From contig PBAU01000002.1 in the NCBI GenBank assembly GCA_002716355.1, positions 64,000 through 95,999 of the forward strand: DNA of 32,000 nucleotides, written 5' to 3'. Positions 16,929 to 25,706 of the stretch are shown here, piece by piece. The translations under genes and the position numbers were made by a program. The notes beneath the pieces were generated by a model. It had not been told where the DNA came from, did not search any database, and saw only the letters and a program-made list of their open reading frames with translations. This DNA is from a bacterium. Lineage in GTDB: Bacteria > UBP7 > UBA6624. Positions within the stretch are counted from its first letter, which is position 1. Each line of letters opens with the position of its first letter.

Positions 16929-17692
16929 TGGCAAAAACTCTAATTAAATCTGAAAAATTCAATTTGTGGTATGGTGACTTTCAAGCTTTAATTGATATAG
17001 ATCTCGACATACCAGAAAATCAAGTTACAGCTGTTGTGGGTCCTTCAGGATGCGGAAAAAGCACTTTTGTTCGTTGTATCAACAGGCTAAACGATCAAAT
17101 AAACACAGTTAGCACCAAGGGTTCTATTTTTATTGATGGGACAGACATTTACCAATATACGGCTGATGAGGTTGTTGGGCTTAGGCGATCTGTCGGGATG
17201 GTTTTTCAGAGACCCAACCCCTTTCCGCTTTCTGTTTTTGAAAACGTTGCTTTTGGCTTAAAGACAAACCCCATGGTTCCTGATCATCAAACCATAAAAA
17301 AGGAAGTCAATAAAGCGCTGCAAGCGGTAGGTTTGCTTGAGGACCTAGACGGTAACCTTGCGAGACCAGGAACCAGTCTTTCCCTGGAACAGCAGCAAAG
17401 ATTATGTATTGCAAGATGCCTGCCAACAAGGCCCAAAATATTGCTTATGGACGAACCTTGTTCAGCATTGGATCCAAGCGATACCGATAAGGTAGAGGAG
17501 CTCATAAGGGAATTAAGGAAAGACTATACCGTTGTGATAGTGACCCACAACCTACAACAAGCTGGCAGAATTTCTGATCAATCTGTATTATTCCATTTGG
17601 GCAAAATTATTGAAGCAGCACCAACAGCAGATTTCTTCCAGAACCCGAAAGAAAAAAGAACAAGAGACTTTATTACAGGTCGTTATGGTTAG
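16928..17692 (+). CDS. pstB: Phosphate ABC transporter ATP-binding protein, canonical catalytic motifs but degenerate signature motif
   Basis: Walker A GPSGCGKST, Q-loop VGMVFQRPNPFP, Walker B LLMDEP, H-loop VIVTHNLQQAGR, C-terminal DFITGRYG. The ABC signature reads LSLEQQQRL instead of LSGGQQQRL (17378-17392). Confidence 0.93.
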   Translation: MAKTLIKSEKFNLWYGDFQALIDIDLDIPENQVTAVVGPSGCGKSTFVRCINRLNDQINTVSTKGSIFIDGTDIYQYTADEVVGLRRSVGMVFQRPNPFPLSVFENVAFGLKTNPMVPDHQTIKKEVNKALQAVGLLEDLDGNLARPGTSLSLEQQQRLCIARCLPTRPKILLMDEPCSALDPSDTDKVEELIRELRKDYTVVIVTHNLQQAGRISDQSVLFHLGKIIEAAPTADFFQNPKEKRTRDFITGRYG

Positions 17693-17701
17693 GAGTTAAA
17701 T

Positions 17702-18349
17702 ATGACTAAAAGATTAACAAAACTTATTGATAAAATCAAAGTAAAAACCTTGGCAATGGCTCAAGATGTTTGCAAATCAATGGATGATGCAATGGAGGCA
17801 ATTTTAAATTCTAGCGATGATAAATATCAAGCAATGAAACAACGAGAAGATAATATTGATTCGCTAGAAGTTGAGATCGAAGAATCCATACTTGGCACCA
17901 TTGCTGTCCATCAACCTGTTGCAGATGATTTAAGAATTCTTGCAGCAATGTTGAAGATTACAAATGACTTAGAAAGAATTGGTGATTATGCGATCAAAAT
18001 TGCTCAAAGGGGCAAGGATATTGACGCCAACTTGATCAAGAGCATCAAAGCTCCTTTGTCTAAATTGGGAACATCTTCAATCCAGATGATTAAAGATGCA
18101 GTACAGGCTTTAGACGCAGGAGATGCAGATTTAGCCCAGAAGGTTAGAGATGCTGATGACCAGGTGGATGAGCTTAACAAATCCCTCATAAAGGAATTAT
18201 CCAAAATCGATGATGATGACTTTGAGTCCTTGGTCGCACTGGTTTCAATATCCAGAAGATTCGAAAGAGCTGCTGATCATGCAACAAACATAGCAGAAGA
18301 TGTTTTGTTCTGGCTTGAAGGCAGGATATTCAGACACGGTGAAACCTAA
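17702..18349 (+). CDS. phoU: Phosphate signalling complex protein PhoU (stand-alone)
   Basis: 215 aa with two PhoU repeats (LKITNDLERIGDYAIKIAQR; RRFERAADHATNIAEDVLFWLEG). Position immediately after pstB. Confidence 0.92.
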   Translation: MTKRLTKLIDKIKVKTLAMAQDVCKSMDDAMEAILNSSDDKYQAMKQREDNIDSLEVEIEESILGTIAVHQPVADDLRILAAMLKITNDLERIGDYAIKIAQRGKDIDANLIKSIKAPLSKLGTSSIQMIKDAVQALDAGDADLAQKVRDADDQVDELNKSLIKELSKIDDDDFESLVALVSISRRFERAADHATNIAEDVLFWLEGRIFRHGET

Positions 18350-18377
18350 ACCAGCACTTGGGCATAAAATTGCCTAA

Positions 18378-19265
18378 GTGAAAAAAGTTCGTTATTTTCA
18401 AAGACCATCAGAGTATTGGAAGGATCATGTTTTCCCAATGCGAAAAATGGATTTGTTGAAAAAACGTATCGAAGAATCGTTTTCAATTGATTTTGTTGAG
18501 CCTGACAGTTTGCCAGAAGGTTCAATTGCACTCACGCATCACCGCAATTTTATAAATCGTATACATTCATATTTTGATAACCCCGAAGCTTCTTATGGTG
18601 AGTTTGAAGCAAGATGTGACAGTTGGGTTTTTGAGAACGAATGCAAGGCGGTTGCCGGCACTTTGTCTGCATGCAGGGATGCCTTGCTGCAGGGTTGGGG
18701 TTTTAATATTGGCGGCGGATTGCACCATTCTTTCCCTGATCATGGAGAGGGTTTCTGTATCATTAACGATATTGCAATTTCAATTAACCAACTTATCAAA
18801 GAGGGCAATATCCATAATGCAGCTGTAGTCGATCTTGACGTGCATCAAGGCAATGGTACTGCTGTTTGTTTCCAAAATAGCCCAAATGTAAAAACAATCT
18901 CATTGCATCAACAGCATAATTATCCATCCTGGAAACCTAAATCAGATTTAGACATTGGTTTAGACGACGGAACAGGTGATAGCGCTTATTTGCAGCATCT
19001 ATCAACTGCACTTGATTGGCTTTCAACACAAGATAAACCTGACTTGGTTTTATTTTTGGCAGGTGCTGACCCTTATCGAAAAGACCAGCTTGGAGGGCTT
19101 GCGCTCACAAAAGCGGGCTTAAGCTCAAGAGATAGGCTTGTAATAGAGTGGTGCAAAAATAAAAATTGCCCAGTAGCGATTGTTTTGGCTGGTGGCTACG
19201 CTAAGGATGTAAATGACGTTGTTGATATACACTTTAATACATTCAAATGTTTAATGGAGGTTTAA
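18378..19265 (+). CDS. Histone deacetylase-family (arginase/deacetylase superfamily) Zn-dependent deacetylase
   Basis: Catalytic motifs GGGLHHSFPDHGEGFCIINDIA, DLDVHQGNGT, FLAGADPYRKDQLG. GTG start; the alternative ATG at 18438 would remove conserved N-terminal residues. Confidence 0.85.
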   Translation: MKKVRYFQRPSEYWKDHVFPMRKMDLLKKRIEESFSIDFVEPDSLPEGSIALTHHRNFINRIHSYFDNPEASYGEFEARCDSWVFENECKAVAGTLSACRDALLQGWGFNIGGGLHHSFPDHGEGFCIINDIAISINQLIKEGNIHNAAVVDLDVHQGNGTAVCFQNSPNVKTISLHQQHNYPSWKPKSDLDIGLDDGTGDSAYLQHLSTALDWLSTQDKPDLVLFLAGADPYRKDQLGGLALTKAGLSSRDRLVIEWCKNKNCPVAIVLAGGYAKDVNDVVDIHFNTFKCLMEV

Positions 19266-19266
19266 G

Positions 19267-20094
19267 GTGATGTTGTTAGGTTTGTTATTTATATCTAATC
19301 TTTTTAATTCAGACTGCACAGATGCAGAAAAATCCTTTAGGGGTTATTTAGCACATGAGTCAAAAAGCGAAATCACGATAGATGGAAAGTTGGATGATCT
19401 CTCATGGAGAAAAGCACTATGGTCGGATTGTTTTGTAGACATAGAGGGATCACTTCAGCCTAATCCAAAATATAAAACGAGATTAAAAATGTTATGGGAT
19501 GAGAATTACTTTTACATCGCTGCACTAATGGAGGATCCTCATATTTGGGCCGTAAGCACAGAACGAGATTCTTATATTTGGCAAAATGAAGGGGATTTTG
19601 AGGTTTTTATAGATCCCGACAGTAATTCTTTGGACTATATTGAAATTGAAATTAACGCCATGGGAACAGAATGGGATCTTCTTATGGATAAACCGTATAG
19701 CGAAGGTGGCGTTAATGATGATAGTTGGGATATTCAAGGCCTTAAATCAGCAGTTACTATTGATGGAACCTTAAACAACCCTGAAGATATAGATAAAAAA
19801 TGGATAGTTGAAATTGCAATTCCCTGGAAAGGTATAAACCAAACCGCAAATGTTTCTATGCCGCCAAAAAATAATGATTCTTGGAGAATTAATTTTTCTA
19901 GAGTATGGTGGGATCACGAAGTGATTGATGGCCGTTATGTCAAGATTGGAGAGGCTTTTGAAGGCCTGGAGTCAAATTGGGTTTGGTCTGCACAGGGTGT
20001 GATCAATATGCATGATCCTAGCCTTTGGGGCTTTGTAACTTTTAAAAAATTTGAAAAATCTCAAAATCGCATACTTGATTTTTTGTCTAGGTGA
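19267..20094 (+). CDS. Carbohydrate-binding family 9 (CBM9)-like protein
   Basis: IDGKLDDLSWRKALWSDCFVDIEG, YFYIAALMEDPHIWA, DFEVFIDPD...YIEIEINAMGTEWDLLMDKPY, WRINFSRVWW match my memory of CBM9-like family proteins. Hydrophobic N-terminus. GTG 19267 or ATG 19270 start. Confidence 0.75.
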   Translation: MMLLGLLFISNLFNSDCTDAEKSFRGYLAHESKSEITIDGKLDDLSWRKALWSDCFVDIEGSLQPNPKYKTRLKMLWDENYFYIAALMEDPHIWAVSTERDSYIWQNEGDFEVFIDPDSNSLDYIEIEINAMGTEWDLLMDKPYSEGGVNDDSWDIQGLKSAVTIDGTLNNPEDIDKKWIVEIAIPWKGINQTANVSMPPKNNDSWRINFSRVWWDHEVIDGRYVKIGEAFEGLESNWVWSAQGVINMHDPSLWGFVTFKKFEKSQNRILDFLSR

Positions 20095-20099
20095 ATTGA

Positions 20100-22037
20100 A
20101 TGAATGCTGGTCCTCTTGATTGGTTGATCATATTTGTCACTTGGGGTATTTTGGTTTTATCGGTTCCAATTGCCAAAAAATACATGAGGAGCGTTGCTGA
20201 CTACCTTTCTGCAGGAAGATCGGCAGGCAGATATATTTTATCTGTTGCTCAAGGTATAGCTGCGCTTGGTGCAATTTCTGTTGTAGCGATGATGGAACAG
20301 AATTATGTTGCCGGTTTTTCAATGTCTTGGTGGGGGCTAACTATGAATCTTGTTGTTCTCGCTGTCACCGCTTCAGGTTGGGTCATTTATCGTTTTAGGG
20401 AAACCAGGTGTTTAACATTAGCAGAATTTTTTGAACGAAGATACAGTAAAAAATTTCGTATTTTTTCAGGGCTTATAGCTTTCATTTCCGGAATTGTTAA
20501 TTTCGGAATCTTCCCCGCAGTTGGAGCAAGGTTCTTTTTGAATTATCTTGGATTGCCAGGGCATCTCAGCCTGCTTGGCTTTGATATCCCCACTTTTGCA
20601 ATCCTGATGCTTTTTCTTCTTGGGACATCTTTGTATTTTGTTTTTTCTGGAGGGCATGTTGCAGTCACAATTGCAGATTTCATCCAAGGGGTCTTCAGCA
20701 ACGTGGTTTTCATTTGGATGATTTTGTTTTTCTTATTTAATGTTTCCTGGGATCAGATTTTTTATTCATTAAATCAGGCACCAGAAAATGCATCATTGAT
20801 CAACCCATTTAAAACAAGCCAGGTCGAGGATTTTAACCTAGGCTTCTTTTTGATTGGTATATTGATTTACATTTATGGAACCATGTCTTGGCAAGGTACG
20901 CAAGCGTATAACGCCTCGGCCAAAAACGCACATGAAGCTAAAATGGGCAGCCTGTTAGGAAATTGGCGAAATATCCCCCAAAATCTTTTCATGCTTTTCA
21001 TACCAATAATTGCATATACCGTTTTGCATCATCCGGACTTTAGCCTTCAGGCCGATTTTGTAAATTCAACCTTATCTAATGAGGAAAACAATGCAGTTGT
21101 GAATCAATTAAGAGTTCCTGCTGTATTGATATCAATGCTACCTCCTGGTCTAATGGGGGCTTTTGCCGCAGTGATGTTGGCTGCTTTTATTAGCACTCAT
21201 GACACTTACCTTCACTCATGGGGTAGCATCTTTGTTCAAGATGTATACATGCCCTTTCAAAAGAAACCTTTAACCCAAGAAAAACATTTAAAGATTTTAA
21301 AGTGGTCCACGATCGGTGTCGCTATTTTCATATTCATCTTTTCACTAATCTTTCAACAGAGTGAATACATCCTTTTGTTTTTTGCAATTACTGGTGCTAT
21401 CTTCTTTGGTGGGTCCGGAGCTGTTCTGATAGGTGGTCTTTATTGGAACAAAGGCACAACCAAGGGAGCATGGTGGGCAATGTCATTAGGTGCGTCGCTA
21501 TCAGTTTTCGGCATCTTCGGTGAAAGGTACATTGAGGCTTGGCCTGACTGGTTGAATGGGCAGGTTATGACGGGTATTGTTATTTTGTGCTGTATTGTCA
21601 CATATGTGCTTGTGTCTTTAAACTCAAAACAAGCCGGTATAGATTTAAATAAACTTCTTTATAGAGGAAAACATGAAACAGAAAAAGAAAAAAAATTAAT
21701 ACAATTGCAAGTTCCGAGAGGGCTAAAAGCAATAGGCATCACTGAAGAGTTTACAAAATCTGATCGACGACTTTACTATATTACTTATACCTGGGTTATT
21801 GGTTGGTTCCTGACATTTCTAATTGGAACAATATATAACTTAAACAAGACTGTAGTCGATGATAGCTGGATTGCCTTTTGGAAGACTTATATGTGGATAA
21901 ATGTTGTTGTAGCTATATTGGTTACGATTTGGTTTACATACAATGGTTTTAATGATCTAAAAGGCATGTTGAAGGAATTGAAAAGAAAAAAGATAGACAT
22001 TAAGGATAACGGTTTTATTTCAGATGACAACATTTAA
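20100..22037 (+). CDS. Sodium:solute symporter (SSS) family transporter with C-terminal extension
   Basis: 645 aa with about 13-15 hydrophobic helices. SSS-like N-terminal region (YLSAGRSAGRY) and an overall SSS-like helix layout. The substrate is not determinable from sequence. Confidence 0.78.
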   Translation: MNAGPLDWLIIFVTWGILVLSVPIAKKYMRSVADYLSAGRSAGRYILSVAQGIAALGAISVVAMMEQNYVAGFSMSWWGLTMNLVVLAVTASGWVIYRFRETRCLTLAEFFERRYSKKFRIFSGLIAFISGIVNFGIFPAVGARFFLNYLGLPGHLSLLGFDIPTFAILMLFLLGTSLYFVFSGGHVAVTIADFIQGVFSNVVFIWMILFFLFNVSWDQIFYSLNQAPENASLINPFKTSQVEDFNLGFFLIGILIYIYGTMSWQGTQAYNASAKNAHEAKMGSLLGNWRNIPQNLFMLFIPIIAYTVLHHPDFSLQADFVNSTLSNEENNAVVNQLRVPAVLISMLPPGLMGAFAAVMLAAFISTHDTYLHSWGSIFVQDVYMPFQKKPLTQEKHLKILKWSTIGVAIFIFIFSLIFQQSEYILLFFAITGAIFFGGSGAVLIGGLYWNKGTTKGAWWAMSLGASLSVFGIFGERYIEAWPDWLNGQVMTGIVILCCIVTYVLVSLNSKQAGIDLNKLLYRGKHETEKEKKLIQLQVPRGLKAIGITEEFTKSDRRLYYITYTWVIGWFLTFLIGTIYNLNKTVVDDSWIAFWKTYMWINVVVAILVTIWFTYNGFNDLKGMLKELKRKKIDIKDNGFISDDNI

Positions 22038-22977
22038 CAGATATTCAAAAAATCCAATCATTACAAGGAAAGATATACCTTTAAGTTGCACAAATGGAAT
22101 TGAATCAAGTTCGGTTTTCAACCCAGGTGCAATTCTTGACAATGGTGTTTTTCATTTGTTGTTAAGGGTGCAAAGCAGGCAAAGAAAAACTTTCTTAACC
22201 CACTGCTCAAGCACAAATGGGCATGACTTTACTGTTGATGCTCAGTCTGTGAAAATCAACGGGATTAATGAATTGGGCTTCGAGATTTTCCACGTTTACG
22301 ACCCTAGGATTGTCAAAATTGAGGATGTTTTTTTGGTTTCAGCCGCAGTTGATGTTGAAGAGGGGTGCAGAACAGCAATTTTTTCAACTAAAGATTTCAA
22401 AGAGATGGATTTGATCCATATGGGAGATATTGATTCCAGAAACGGTGTTCTTTTTCCAGAGAAAATCAATGGCCATTATTGTCTTTTAGACAGGCCGAAT
22501 AATCAGTTTGCAGGAGGTGTAATGTCAGGTTCTCAGATTTGCTTTTCAGCATCTACCGATTTGGTCTCCTGGGGACGTTCGGTTCCAGTAATGAGTGGAA
22601 ATCATCATTATTGGGATGAGCTTATTGGCGCAGGCCCTCCGCCGATACGAACCAAAGAAGGTTGGCTGCTTGTTTATCATGGCGTTGCGACTCACTTTAT
22701 GAGTAGCAACATATATCAAGCTGGTGTTGCTTTGTTGGATATTGATGAGCCACACAAGATTCTTGCAAGATGTCCAGCTAATATCTTTGAACCCAGAGAA
22801 AGTTACGAACTAACAGGACAGGTACCAAATGTTGTATTTCCCACAGGCTTGCTGGTTGATGCGTCTTCCAAAAACCCTGAAAACTGCAATGAGGTTCTAA
22901 TGTATTATGGTGCAGCTGATTCAAGTGTTTGTCTTGCCAAAACAACCATTCAAAAATTATTGGATTGTTTTAAATGA
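22024..22977 (+). CDS. Glycoside hydrolase family 130 enzyme (beta-mannoside phosphorylase/hydrolase)
   Basis: GH130 pattern: NPIITRKDIP, VFNPGAILDNGVFHLLLRVQS, YDPRIVKIED, SRNGVLFPEKINGHYCLLDRP, WDELIGAGPPPIRTKEGWLLVYHGV, YQAGVALLDIDEPHKILAR, YELTGQVPNVVFPTG, YYGAADSSVCLA. No signal peptide. Confidence 0.82.
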   Translation: MTTFNRYSKNPIITRKDIPLSCTNGIESSSVFNPGAILDNGVFHLLLRVQSRQRKTFLTHCSSTNGHDFTVDAQSVKINGINELGFEIFHVYDPRIVKIEDVFLVSAAVDVEEGCRTAIFSTKDFKEMDLIHMGDIDSRNGVLFPEKINGHYCLLDRPNNQFAGGVMSGSQICFSASTDLVSWGRSVPVMSGNHHYWDELIGAGPPPIRTKEGWLLVYHGVATHFMSSNIYQAGVALLDIDEPHKILARCPANIFEPRESYELTGQVPNVVFPTGLLVDASSKNPENCNEVLMYYGAADSSVCLAKTTIQKLLDCFK

Positions 22978-25706
22978 TCAACCCACAAAAAGCTTTTATA
23001 GTCTCTCATACACATTGGGACAGAGAGTGGTACAGAACCTATCATGATTTCAAAGTCGATCTTTCAAATGTGGTTAGAGAAGTCTTAGATTTACTTGAAG
23101 GTGCAAATGATTTCAATCATTTTGTTTTGGACGGACAAACAATTATTTTGAGAGATTATCTTTCGCTTTTCCCAGAAGATGCACCTCGTATAAAAAAACT
23201 AGTTCAAAAAGGCAAGTTGTCACTAGGTCCTTGGTACATTCTTCCAGATGAGTTTTTAATTAGCTCTGAATCAACCATACGCAATTTGTTGCTTGGCTTC
23301 GCAACAGCTGAAGATTTCGGTGGTGTTCAGCGTGTTGGTTATATGCCTGATTCCTTTGGGCATGTTGCTCAGGTACCGCAAATATTGAAAAATATTGGTA
23401 TAGATTCATTTATTTATACACGTGGCTCAGGTCCAGAGATTGAGGACCTGGGTTTTGAGTATTTTTGGGAAGCCCCAGATGGCAGCAAGGTTCTTGCTGT
23501 CAATCAATGCAATGGTTATTGCAATGCTGCTGGACTTGGGCTCCATGAGATATGGCATGCCCACACAAATCGTAATGTTGATTTAGACCTGGCCTCCAAG
23601 CAGGTCAAAGATCTTTTTTCTAAAATGTCTGAATTGTCAAACTCCCCAATATTTTTATTGAATAATGGTTGTGATCATTTTCCACCACAAAAAGATTTTG
23701 ATGCAATTCTTGAAAAAATCAAATTAGATTTTCCTGAAACGAGTTTTGAGCATTCCGGATTTGATGCTTTTGTCAAGGAGCTTTATAAACATTCAGGATC
23801 TTTCAAAACCCACAAGGGAGAGTTGTTGTCAGGTTACCACCACTTCATTCTTTCTGGAGTGTGGTCTGCTCGAACTTACCTCAAGCAAATTAATGACAAT
23901 GCGCAAACATGGCTATCTGGAATCCTGGAGCCCTTAGCTTCTCATTATCATTTTTCACTTTCAAAAACATATCCATCTGAACACATTTTTAATTCGTGGA
24001 AAAAGCTGTTAGAAAATCACCCACATGATTCGATATGCGGATGCAGCACAGATGAGGTTCATAGCGAAATGATCCCCAGGTTTAGAGCAGTTACAGAAAC
24101 TTCGGAATCGGTTCTGCAAAAGATAATGAGCGAGATAACCCCCACTTTTGCAAGAGAGGAGAAAAATGATGAGCAAACATGTTTCACTGTGTTTAACGCA
24201 CTACCTGAAAAAAGAGAATGTGTGATCAATAGGCTGATCGTTTTGCAACCTTTTGAAGGGGATATTGAGGATTGGGTTCTTGTTGACTCCACCGGTGAGC
24301 AAATACCATTTCACATAACGGAAATATCTCATTTTGAAAGGTTTTGGGCGATTGACTATCGAAGAGAGAGCGACAATCACAAAAACATTAAACGTCTTCA
24401 CCTTTATCAAGATAAGTTCAAGCATAGGGTTGCTAGCAGCTCAAAACAAAAAGATGAATTCGACACATTTTTTAATATTCAATTTGTTGACACCTTACCT
24501 TCCGTGGGGCATAAGTTGTATTTCCTTAAAAGGGAAACACACCAGAAGAAAGCTGAGCAGAAGCTACAAATCGGTGTTGATTTTCTAGAAAATGATTTTT
24601 TAAAGGTTTCGATAAACGCTAATGGAACAATTAACATCCTCAACAAAGAAACACAGAAGAGCCATGAGGGTTTAAATATCCTAGAAAGCTCTGGGGATAA
24701 GGGGGATGAATATGACTATAGCCTATGTGGTAGCAGTCAAACCGTAACATCAGCAGAGACATCTGCTTCTATTGATATTGTTGAGGCGACCCCATATAAA
24801 GGCTCTTTGAGAATTAATTTTGATTTGAATTTGCCCAAGTCGATCGATGAGATCAGGCAAAACAGATCAAGCGAAACAGAAAAATGCAATGTTAAGATTG
24901 ATGTTTCACTGGAGCACCTTGAGCCCTACGTAAGGATTAAGACAAAATTCAATAACCAGGTAGAAGACCACAGATTGCGTGCAGGTTTCCCAATGCCTAA
25001 TTCAAACAGTGTTTTTTCAGATGGCCATTTCTATATCAATAAAAGACCTTCTGAGTTTCCTGTAGATGATAATTGGACTCAACCACATACAAGGACTTAC
25101 CCGCAACAAGATTTTTCTTTTTGCCATGATGGCAAAAATGGATTGGCTGTTTTTTCTAAAGGTTTGCATGAGCTTGAAATCAAAAAAGGAACTCTTTGGT
25201 TGACTTTATTGAGGGCTGTTGGTTGGCTTTCTAGGGATGATTTTGAATCCAGAAAAAATAATAATGCGGGACCGACAATCTACACTCCTGACGCTCAGTG
25301 CAAAGGTGAAAATGCTTACGAGTATGCTCTTTATCCTTTTTCGGGAGATTGGGTTAAGTCCAAAGTTAAACATTGGGCCACAAGGTACAAAACAGATTTA
25401 AAGTCAATGCAGGGAGTTGTAGACGGGGCAATAAGCGACGATTGGCTTTTAGAAAAAAAGAATGATGCGGTTGCCATAACGGCAATTAAGAAACATGAAT
25501 CTCGCAACACATTGGTTGTGAGAATGTTTAACCTCACCGATGAGGATGTTCTAGAAAAAATATCAACATCTAAACAAATCAAAACATGCTGGAAATTGAA
25601 TCTCATCGAATCCAGACAAAGCCAAATCAAGCATCAATTAAATGCTTTTCAGGTTACATTAAAAGCACATGAGATCGGCACTTTTGAGGTTGAGTTTGAA
25701 TCATGA
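22974..25706 (+). CDS. Glycoside hydrolase family 38 alpha-mannosidase (MngB-like, cytoplasmic)
   Basis: GH38 N-terminal catalytic motifs VSHTHWDREWY, GPWYILPDEFL, GYMPDSFGH, NHPHDSICGCS. 910 aa, no signal peptide. ATGA overlap with GH130. Confidence 0.9.
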   Translation: MINPQKAFIVSHTHWDREWYRTYHDFKVDLSNVVREVLDLLEGANDFNHFVLDGQTIILRDYLSLFPEDAPRIKKLVQKGKLSLGPWYILPDEFLISSESTIRNLLLGFATAEDFGGVQRVGYMPDSFGHVAQVPQILKNIGIDSFIYTRGSGPEIEDLGFEYFWEAPDGSKVLAVNQCNGYCNAAGLGLHEIWHAHTNRNVDLDLASKQVKDLFSKMSELSNSPIFLLNNGCDHFPPQKDFDAILEKIKLDFPETSFEHSGFDAFVKELYKHSGSFKTHKGELLSGYHHFILSGVWSARTYLKQINDNAQTWLSGILEPLASHYHFSLSKTYPSEHIFNSWKKLLENHPHDSICGCSTDEVHSEMIPRFRAVTETSESVLQKIMSEITPTFAREEKNDEQTCFTVFNALPEKRECVINRLIVLQPFEGDIEDWVLVDSTGEQIPFHITEISHFERFWAIDYRRESDNHKNIKRLHLYQDKFKHRVASSSKQKDEFDTFFNIQFVDTLPSVGHKLYFLKRETHQKKAEQKLQIGVDFLENDFLKVSINANGTINILNKETQKSHEGLNILESSGDKGDEYDYSLCGSSQTVTSAETSASIDIVEATPYKGSLRINFDLNLPKSIDEIRQNRSSETEKCNVKIDVSLEHLEPYVRIKTKFNNQVEDHRLRAGFPMPNSNSVFSDGHFYINKRPSEFPVDDNWTQPHTRTYPQQDFSFCHDGKNGLAVFSKGLHELEIKKGTLWLTLLRAVGWLSRDDFESRKNNNAGPTIYTPDAQCKGENAYEYALYPFSGDWVKSKVKHWATRYKTDLKSMQGVVDGAISDDWLLEKKNDAVAITAIKKHESRNTLVVRMFNLTDEDVLEKISTSKQIKTCWKLNLIESRQSQIKHQLNAFQVTLKAHEIGTFEVEFES

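Noticed and set aside
18350-18377. A possible terminator or regulatory element between phoU and the HDAC-like gene, which would separate the phosphate locus from the mannoside operon.
   Set aside because: The gap is only 28 nt and has no hairpin or recognisable promoter hexamers. Whether the two units are co-transcribed cannot be decided from sequence.
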